Source: an uncultured virus (IMG/VR IMGVR_UViG_3300042554_003148) (Duplodnaviria > Heunggongvirae > Uroviricota > Caudoviricetes). Taken from it: a DNA stretch of 64,000 nucleotides. The notes under the pieces are model-generated. The model was not told the origin of the DNA, made no database searches, and was given only the letters and a program-made list of their open reading frames with translations. This document shows positions 40,058-49,400 of this stretch, in pieces. How positions within the stretch are numbered: position 1 is the stretch's first letter; each line of letters begins with the position of its first letter. A program made the position numbers and the translations under genes. The stretch is taken from the IMG/VR virus record IMGVR_UViG_3300042554_003148. One strand, written 5' to 3'.

Positions 40058-40773
40058 CAACAAAAATAGTTGTACAGAAATTAAATGATAAATTTATTAA
40101 TAATATTGAATTATCAACAACTCCATTTTGTAATAAAAAAGTATTGAATATAACAGGATATCTATATAGGATATATTATATAGAAAAATTTACCCATATA
40201 ATATTTGCAGCTTCATTATTAGATAATGAAATTAATCAATTCATTGATGAGTTTGGTACTACAGTAAATATCTTTATTTATAATGACACAACAAAATATA
40301 TTGAACACCATCCTAATCTTAAAGGAGTTATTCAGAAAACAAAGACTGATTCAAAAAATAAAATTATCACTATACCTAAATTAGTTAATAATGAAATTTA
40401 TTATAGCGATAACTCTATACCTAAATATGATAGCATAGTTTGCTTTTTAGACAATATAGAATCTTTACCAGAAGCTTTAAATAATTATCTTTATCCACAA
40501 TCTATATTATCTATTAAATTATTTAATAATAGCTCTATAATACATCCTCAAAATTTAGGACTTCTTTTTGAATATGATAAGGCAAGGATTCTTAAACAAA
40601 ACAAATATTATTTGGCATTAACAGACGACTACGTTCCAGAAGCATGGGCTTGTGGAGCATTAGCGCTAGATATTGACGATCTGAATTCATTAACACCAAG
40701 TAAATATAAACATACAAAAAGTTTTCAGTCTTATTCTAATTTTTTAAAGGTATTAATCAGTGATAAAAAATAA
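40054..40773 (+). CDS. degenerate GT-B-like protein
   Basis: QNLGLL...ILKQNKYYL...EAWACG. Confidence 0.55.
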   Translation: MTTKIVVQKLNDKFINNIELSTTPFCNKKVLNITGYLYRIYYIEKFTHIIFAASLLDNEINQFIDEFGTTVNIFIYNDTTKYIEHHPNLKGVIQKTKTDSKNKIITIPKLVNNEIYYSDNSIPKYDSIVCFLDNIESLPEALNNYLYPQSILSIKLFNNSSIIHPQNLGLLFEYDKARILKQNKYYLALTDDYVPEAWACGALALDIDDLNSLTPSKYKHTKSFQSYSNFLKVLISDKK

Positions 40774-41218
40774 TATAGGATTTATGCTTATAAATATAGA
40801 AAATGATCAACACCATGATTCTATGCTACAAAATATTAGAAAATTGATAGATGCTAATCCATATAAAAATATTGTTATATTTAATAGTATTTGTAATAAA
40901 ATTACTACTTATAATATCCCTATCTTGCATCTGAGTCACGCTAAATTTTTTGAGGGCGACTTATGGCTATTTGATTTAACTAGTGTTATTATTAGTAAGA
41001 ACTTCACCAATCTTAATAAAAAAATACTATATTGTAATGACATGCCGTGGTTAAAAAATAGAACTAATATATATAACGAATGGCTAAAGATTTACGATTC
41101 TGATCTAGATTTTGTAACTACCAATCAATATTTGTATGATATATACAGTATATGTTGGAAAAAACCATTAGATATTATGGAGAATTTCGATTATGAAAAA
41201 ATACAACACATCGTATGA
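40760..41218 (+). CDS. hypothetical protein (possible GT-B N-terminal-domain remnant)
   Basis: KKILYCNDMPW...DFVTTNQY pattern; coupled to its neighbours. Confidence 0.5.
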   Translation: MIKNNIGFMLINIENDQHHDSMLQNIRKLIDANPYKNIVIFNSICNKITTYNIPILHLSHAKFFEGDLWLFDLTSVIISKNFTNLNKKILYCNDMPWLKNRTNIYNEWLKIYDSDLDFVTTNQYLYDIYSICWKKPLDIMENFDYEKIQHIV

Positions 41219-42005
41219 CCAACTATCTGATCAAGATAAAAAAGATCTAATATTATCTTTATATTCATCAGAAGGTAAGAGCTTTGCTGATATAGCTACT
41301 ATGTACGATACTTATGCTAATAGAATAAGACGAGACGCTAAAAAATATAATATAAAAATCAGAGATAAAAGCGAAGCTCAAAAAAATGCATTAAAAACTG
41401 GCAAACACTCTCATCCAACAAAAGGCAAAGAAAGATCAGAGGACACAAAACAAAAAATAGGGATGGGAGTATTAAACGCATGGGAAAATCTCGAAGACAA
41501 CGAAATACAAAAAAGAAAGCTTAAAGCTAAACAAAATTGGGAAAATTTAGACGATAACACAAAAGAAAACATACTTAAATCTGCTAATATGGCAGTAAGA
41601 ACCACCAGCAAGGTAGGATCAAAATTAGAAAAATATCTACATAAAAGACTATTAAGTGATGGTTATAAAGTAGAGTTTCATAAAGAGCAAACACTGGTAA
41701 ACACAAGGTTGCAAATTGACCTGTTCGTTCCTAGTATAAATCTAGCTATAGAAGTGGATGGTCCATCTCACTTCACTCCTGTGTGGGGCCAAGAATCTTT
41801 AAAAAGAAATAAAAACTACGATAATAAAAAAGAAGGATTAATCATTGGTAAAGGATGGAACTTATTGAGAATTATACAAACTAAAGATTATTCTGATGCT
41901 CGTGCGTTTTTGATCTATGATCAAATACTACAGATTATAAAAACAAATCATTCTGATCTCATTTCTGGACAACAGAAATTTATTATAAAGGATACCAATG
42001 GCTAA
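41193..42005 (+). CDS. free-standing homing endonuclease: HTH, NUMOD3 and Vsr/DUF559-type nuclease
   Basis: KSFADIATMY..YANRIRR, HPTKGKERSEDTKQKI, DLFVPSINLAIEVDGPSH and GWNLLRI. Confidence 0.8.
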   Translation: MKKYNTSYDQLSDQDKKDLILSLYSSEGKSFADIATMYDTYANRIRRDAKKYNIKIRDKSEAQKNALKTGKHSHPTKGKERSEDTKQKIGMGVLNAWENLEDNEIQKRKLKAKQNWENLDDNTKENILKSANMAVRTTSKVGSKLEKYLHKRLLSDGYKVEFHKEQTLVNTRLQIDLFVPSINLAIEVDGPSHFTPVWGQESLKRNKNYDNKKEGLIIGKGWNLLRIIQTKDYSDARAFLIYDQILQIIKTNHSDLISGQQKFIIKDTNG

Positions 42006-42717
42006 AAAAGATAAAAATGAAGTTGCTGAAGATAATATTGTTGAAAAGAAAATTCCAACAATTGCTGATTTAGACTGGACAGATTATGTTCTAGGGCTTT
42101 TATCTGACGATGAAAAGATTAGTGGCAATCCAACAACGGATGGTTTAAGGCGTATTTTTGAAACTGTTTTAAACTGTAGATTAATATCATCAACAAGTTT
42201 GGTTGTTCAATCTCCTAGTCCGGAAAATGAAAAAAGAGCAACGGTTATACACTCACTATCATACTGTTTAAATCCAACCCTTCAGGACTCAAACGGTTTA
42301 AATATTGTGTCTGTGGATGGCTCTGCGGACGTATACTGGGGTAACTGTGACAAGGTTTATAGGAATCACCCGGTTGCTGTTGCAGAAACAAGGGCCGAGG
42401 GCAGAGCATTGCGCAGAGCATTAAGATTGCGCAAAGTAGTAGCGGCAGAAGAACTGTCCAAAGAAATCGAAGATCATCCTGATCAAAATAGTGTTAATAA
42501 AATTAGTAATCAACAAATTAATTTTATAGATGTTTTAGCTCAAAGACTAAATATTAATGTGACTAAACTATTAGAAGAAAATAGTATAAAAACAGATAAT
42601 ATTTATAACTTGACTCATGAATCAGCCGTTGATATAATAAGATTATTGTCCAAGTACCAACAAAATATGGACAGTATTGCTGAAACTATATTAGGCTACT
42701 CAAACGAATGGAAGTAA
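41998..42717 (+). CDS. Rad52/Sak/Erf-like single-strand annealing protein
   Basis: GSAD...AVAETRAEGRALRRAL and C-terminal ISNQQINFI helical domain. Confidence 0.65.
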   Translation: MAKKDKNEVAEDNIVEKKIPTIADLDWTDYVLGLLSDDEKISGNPTTDGLRRIFETVLNCRLISSTSLVVQSPSPENEKRATVIHSLSYCLNPTLQDSNGLNIVSVDGSADVYWGNCDKVYRNHPVAVAETRAEGRALRRALRLRKVVAAEELSKEIEDHPDQNSVNKISNQQINFIDVLAQRLNINVTKLLEENSIKTDNIYNLTHESAVDIIRLLSKYQQNMDSIAETILGYSNEWK

Positions 42718-42720
42718 TTT

Positions 42721-43044
42721 ATGAAAGTTTTATATAAAGCTAATGATAAGCTACAATTTGAACTTGAGGCTAGTGGACAAAAAGAGATTTTTAAAGAACT
42801 GGCACTGATACAGGAAATTTTTAGTGAGTCCAAATGCGGCATGTGTGGTAGTACAAATCTTAAATTTGTGGTAAGAAATGTTGATGGAAATGATTACTAC
42901 GAACTAAGATGTGCTGATTGTGGCGCTGTTCTAGCTTTTGGTCAACACAAAAAGGGTGGCACATTATTTCCAAAGCGTAAAGATGATAATGGAAATTATT
43001 TACCACATAATGGTTGGCATAAATGGACAAAAGATAAAGAATAG
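42721..43044 (+). CDS. Zn-finger protein
   Basis: CGMCGS...CADCGA.LAFGQ. Confidence 0.75.
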   Translation: MKVLYKANDKLQFELEASGQKEIFKELALIQEIFSESKCGMCGSTNLKFVVRNVDGNDYYELRCADCGAVLAFGQHKKGGTLFPKRKDDNGNYLPHNGWHKWTKDKE

Positions 43045-43407
43045 TTACCATTTATTCACTGGGCATTTTTCGCTATCCCAGCTTAATTTGCTAATATAAT
43101 TTCGTGTTCTATTTATTGGACAGCCACACTGTAAACAGGATTGATTTTTAAAGAATTCGCAGCTCTCGCATATTTTAAATCTTCTCTCTATTTCTTCATC
43201 TTTGGCTAACACAAAATTATTTTTAGCATGAGCGACCAAGCTTTTAGAGAAGTTTTTAATTTTTGTGCCAAATCCTGGCTCTTCTGATCTAATATCCATA
43301 TAAGAACATGGAAAAATCGGTGGATTATTATCTTCAACAGTGATCTCTAGTCCACATTTTGAGCATTTGTAAGTGTTATCTCTTATGCTTATAAACTCAC
43401 AAAACAT
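43045..43407 (-). CDS. Cys-rich protein (DUF6171-like C-terminal domain)
   Basis: RRFKICESCEFF...CLQCGC...KCPVNKW, plus an N-terminal C..CSKC..C. Confidence 0.75.
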   Translation of the reverse strand: MFCEFISIRDNTYKCSKCGLEITVEDNNPPIFPCSYMDIRSEEPGFGTKIKNFSKSLVAHAKNNFVLAKDEEIERRFKICESCEFFKNQSCLQCGCPINRTRNYISKLSWDSEKCPVNKW

Positions 43408-43409
43408 AA

Positions 43410-46400
43410 TTATTTTTCTCTCGGTGGTGGTGTATTCGTAAAAAATTCATATGGTATCATTTCCCATAGAAACTGACTTTTTAATATGGTGCCTTTATTT
43501 TCTATTCGATCTATTGATCCATAAAATGTTCTATACATCATCTCATTCATTAGTTGAAAAAACAATGGGGTTGTTGATGGTACTAATTTAGTATCTTCTA
43601 TTTCCATACATTTCCAATAATAAATATTATTATTTAATATAGGCTGAAAAGACGAACCACTAACAGATCCCGCTTCTACTATCTCGTATGGATCCAAAAT
43701 ATCGCTAATTTGATTTCTTTTACCCGGTCTAAATAAACCAGTTGGACCATATCTATACACAGTACTGTAGATATCTAGTCCGCGTAATTGTCTAGGTATT
43801 TTTCTAAATTTTATTTTTAGATTATTTACATTATCTAAATTGCATACATTATATATTTTCATTGATTGACCAGCTCTAATACCTCCCAATGTTAATAGTC
43901 CAAAACCATCAACAGATTTTTGAGGAACAGAAGCCCCTATTGTTTCTCCTGGTGGAGGCAAACTAGAAACAAAATTACCATCATCTGGTGGCGGTGGAGA
44001 AGGATCATCCGGATCACCACCTCCTACTCCACCAGGTAAATTGCCTATATCCAACACATCAGCATCCTGAGTACTATTGGTTTTGTCTGCCTTGTTATCT
44101 TTTATTTCTAATGGGCTTAGTAATACATCATATGTTTCTATTGCTGTTACCATAATTTCTTTATAACTATTTATGGTATCCATTCCAGCAGCATTGCCAT
44201 TGATATGATAATTTCTTTTTATCGTAACTTCTTCCCATTTTATAGGTAATCCTGCTGCTGTTGCTTTTTTTTCTAAATTAGTTTTATTTTTATTAACTAT
44301 ATTTTCTCCAATAGTATATTTATATGTTTCATATGGCCCACTTCTAAATCCACTAGTACTACCTTTGCTGTAATTTATACCATCAGGATCATCTTCTTCG
44401 TTTTCCAATATGGATCCTCGTTTATGATTACAAATATTATTTATTGCTAATTGAGGCATTCCATATATTCCTTGTATATAATTTGCTGGTCTACAAACAT
44501 ATGTTATGCTTTTCAAAACTTTCGGTCTTAGCTCTTCCGCTATACTACAGCCTTGATGAGGATCCAAATTTATCCAGTAATTATCATTATCGTATTCGTA
44601 CTCTATCTGAAAAGCTAAAAGAGATAATCTATCAAAAGGTCTGAATGTTTTAATTTTAGCTAAAATTTGAGGCTTAATACCATGTCTAGTTCGTTCAAAA
44701 TCTCTAGTAATAGATACAATATCTTCTTTCAATATAGTATTTTCTTTAAATGTTGTAATATCATCAACCACAACGGATTCTAATACTGTAATAGATTCAA
44801 TATTTTCACGAGCAATCTTTCCGGAGATAATAGATGTTTTATTTTTTATTGTTATTCTTGCTTTTTGATAATCGCTAGTTTCGTTTAATAGTTTTAGAAT
44901 ATCATTTCTTTCTTGATAAAAAACTCTAAGAGCTAATTCAGAGATTTTTTTATTAGAGTTATATTCTGTTAAAGATTCATAGTGTCTATAAATATAGGAT
45001 AAATTATAACTTTCAATGACTTTATTTGTGGCAACAATAGTATTTACGCCTATGTTTGATTCTACCTCTAAATTTACATTAGTATTTTCTAATAAATTAA
45101 GCCTTGTTATTAAATTTTGAAAAACTTCATTACTTATAGGATCTCCATTAATATCTGTCGCTTCAATTGGCGGCTTCTCTTCATAATCATTTTCTATTGA
45201 TATATAACCACTAGGGTACGGAACCATCGAAGAATCTCTAAAATTATTATTTCTTATATATGTTAAATGAATATTATTAAAATCAACATTATTAAACGAA
45301 AAATATTTAGAATTACTTAATAAATTATCTAAAGTTGTTGAGTTTGCTGGATTATTTACTATATATTTACTATTATTATCAACAACAGTAATAACATCAT
45401 TCAGTTTATGGGGATAGGCTACAGAAGCACCTACATATTTTAAAGAATTAATTTGTTCACTTTGTTCTTTAGTAAAAAACATTTTATTATACAATAATCT
45501 ATCTGATTTATGATTATTAAACATGTTACCAATTTTTTCAATATTATTGTACATAGGTATTTGAGATAGGATATTTTTATTTATTGTGTAAGACCCATCT
45601 CCATATGAACCATAACTATTTGTTGTATTATATACTTCCGGGTGCGGCCTATTTAATGATTCTTTTTCAAAAGCATACATGTTCACAGGATTATTCTTTA
45701 AGTCTGTAGAGGACGATAATCCAAATACTACAATTACATTATTATCAGGACTAATAAAGTCTGCTTTATCCATATCTAATCTATCTACTTTTAATATAGT
45801 ATACGGTTTTTTATCTTTATAAATTAGTGCTTTACCTAATATTTTGGTAGTATATTTTGGAGTAGTATCCGCTGGTGCAACAGGTTGATCGGGCTGTGTC
45901 GATGTGGGTGTTACGGACGGGGTTTCTCCTGTTGGTCCATCAATAAGATTAACATCTATAATTGCATCTGGAGCAATATTTTGACCACTAACTTGAACAA
46001 TATCCTTAAAAGTAAATATCTCAAATGGTACAGTTCCGTCTATCATTATTAATTTTTTTTGATTAATATCTGAATACAGATTTTTAAAAATGCTATATTC
46101 GGTATCAGGTAAATCATTATATAAAACATGATTACGTGTTATATAATCTGATTTCTCACATAATATCGAAGGTTTTTGTGCTAAAGATACCCATTTACCA
46201 GTAGTCGGAACAAAATAGAGACCATCAACACAAACATTAGAGCTATCTGTAGATGAGAATCTTACATCCACAATATCATCCGTATGATACGATATATTAT
46301 TATAAGTCAATGGGCCGCTAACAGCATTAAACTCTGTGCAGCCTATGGTTAATTCTTTGATAGACTTTTCCTCTAGTAAATCTTTGATATTTTCAACTAC

Positions 46401-49400
46401 TTTAACAGAAAATCTGGATAATTCTGGCAGCGTATCCTTATTTAATCTGATATAGTTATATTTTTTATATGGCAATATAGGACTATTAGCGTATTTAAAA
46501 ATAGAGGCTTCTGCTTTATACCAAAAAATATTATCTTTTGAAAAATTAATTAGTATTTTTTCTGGACTACCAAAAGGATATCGTTTGTAATCTTGATGAT
46601 AAATATCATTAGCTATGGCTTGTCTAAAATCTTGAGCTCTTTGAGCATTAAAATAATTAACAATTTGTCCTACGGCTATAGACATAGCAATGTCGCCTCC
46701 TCCAAGACCCGCCATAATTCCTCCTAAACCACCAGCCCCACCAAGACCAACAGCTCCCGTATATGCGTATGTTGCAGCTAAAATAGCCAGCCATGGAAAT
46801 TCTACGCCAGGAATACCCTTAATATTTCCAATGAGTTCCGGATCTGATGCTTCACAAATTGTATTATCTTGAAAAAATATATTAGGAGCATTAATATTTA
46901 CAAATGGCATCATATGCTTATAGTTTTTTAAGTTTGCCATAAAACCATACCCACCATACTGGGGTGGCTTACCGTACTCTATAAGAGATAATGCTTCATT
47001 ATTTCCATATGAATTTAATGATGACAAGATTGGAGCCGTTGGTTTTTTAGTATCTCCAAAATGTAACAACAGCTCCCAACTACATAATGAACTATATAAA
47101 CTACTAGAATTAATTTTATTAGTAAAATCATAAATATTTGTATATAATTGAGAATTAATAGTATTATCATTAGGCAACATATCATCATGTTCATCATATA
47201 ATGTTATAGCGCAAGTAAAAAATGTGACATCGTTTTTATTAGGCCCTTTTGTTCCCTTAATCCCAGCACCACCTCTTGGTGGACAACGCACAGTAGAATC
47301 AAACATTGGTTTACCAGCATATTTACTAAATGTATTATTGGTAATGTTAAGCTTATTAGCCGTAACCGCATTATGATAAATATTTACTTCTTGATCACTA
47401 TATCCAAATGGACAAATAGATGGTTTTATAATATCATCAGTGTTAATAATATTTTGATAATTAGCAGCAACATATCCTGAACTATTATTATAGTTATGAT
47501 CGTTTACAACATTATATTTATTGGCATGGTCAGAGAATTTTAAACTAAGATTAAAACTATGATTCTGAATATATTCTTGATTTAAAAGATATAAGTGAGG
47601 ATTCGATGTTGGTTCTTTATATGGAACAGAGATTCCAGCAACAGATGTTTTTGTAAATCTTGTATTCATATTAGATAAGCTATATAAATATTGAGTTAAA
47701 TCAGAATTATTAATATTTATTGGATTAAGAGGCCAGTCTTGTGGAGCTGCCAAGCTATCAAAATCTGATTGTATTGTTTGATCTATAAATATTGATCCTC
47801 CAGCAATTGGTGATTTATATCTTTCACCGCCACCAATTCTATATAGTTCATCTAGACATGGTTTAGAATCAAATACTATACTTAAATCTTTTGTGTTAAC
47901 ATAGTTTAGAAAATTTAGTTTAACTTCTATATCTTTAATAGAAAAATTCAATACTCTAGGATTTCTAAAGCCTTTCCATGTTCCGGTTGGATTTGGTAAG
48001 TTTTCATAATAGTTTGCTGGTTGCTCTCCATTATCTTTAATACAATTTGGATTGGATCTTCTGGCCTTACTCATATATTTGACTATATCTTCTGGTATAG
48101 GCCCTGGAGGATATCTTGGTCCAGAAACTGGGAAAAGATATTTAAACCTATTATTTTCTGAATCACTAATGAAACCAAATTCATCCATGAAGGGTGAAAA
48201 ATTATCGTAAGATCTAGCTTCGTATCTTTTTGGATCTCCTCCTCTTAATATTCTATATCCATGATCATAGGCTTTTCCATTTGCGCTAGGTATATCTTGA
48301 TCGCCGTATTCTCTATGGATTTGATTAAGCCAAACCCAGTGAGGAGGACTATCGGATCTACACGGTGTTGTTCCGCCACATTGTATGCTTTCTTGAATCC
48401 ACTGAGCGCCTTCTGCTATTCCTATCTCTATTGATGATTTAAATTGTATTGGAATAATAAAAAGATTATTTCCGCTATATATATAGCTATCATTCTGAAT
48501 ATTGTTTATACTAGGGCCGCTAAAACTATAAGACTCTCTAGCTCCAACATTGAATTTTAAAACACTAGATAGATTCTCTATGCCGCTATGTAATGGACTA
48601 TCATAAGATATCCATCCGCTTTGAGGATGAAAAACACCCTTTTTAAAATCGATATATTTATCAGAATTATCCGGTATAATATCCTCAAAACAATATTTAA
48701 AGCCCTCTGCAAAATAAGGAGGATCCAATGATGGTTTGTCAGATTTATAATTTAATGGCTTTCCTGTGATAGCCGGAAACACAGTTCCAGGATCCGGATG
48801 ATTAGGAATACTTATTCCTATATTATTAATTATTTCATTATCCCAGCCACCATATGATTTTATTTTTGGTGAAAAATCGGTACTAAAAGTCTCATTATTT
48901 TCCTTATCAAGTGCTCCACCCCAAGATCTATAATGATAAGTATTATTTTCCCATCCATCTAGAGTAGAACCCTTTCCTCTTATCCAGTTTCCTCTTGATC
49001 CGTATAGATCTGTTGAATATAAACTAAAACAATTAGCGCATTTTGGATCAGAATGGTGTCTTATATGTTCAAGTTTTATTTTATCTAACCTATATTGAAT
49101 ATTAGCATCAGAAAAATATCTTAATATAATATTAGAAGATTGATCATACTTATAGGATGAGTCCGCTTTGCCATCTTTTATAGGTCCTCCATAGTAATCT
49201 TCTAAATAGTATAGCGTATTGTTAATTAATTTTTCTGGCCGACTCTTTAGAACTTTAATATCTGATGTCATGGCTATAGGTAAAGCTAATCCTCTACCAT
49301 GTATTGCTATACTATTTATAATTGGAGTATGAACTCTTAAATTTTTAGAATTTAATATAATATCATGTTTTTCTCTATCTATAATATATTCTATATCTGC

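Noticed and set aside
43428..43435. Additional TGGTGTAT copy
   Set aside because: It lies antisense within the coding end of the 2726-aa gene (NTPP) with no downstream plus-strand gene, which is compatible with chance.
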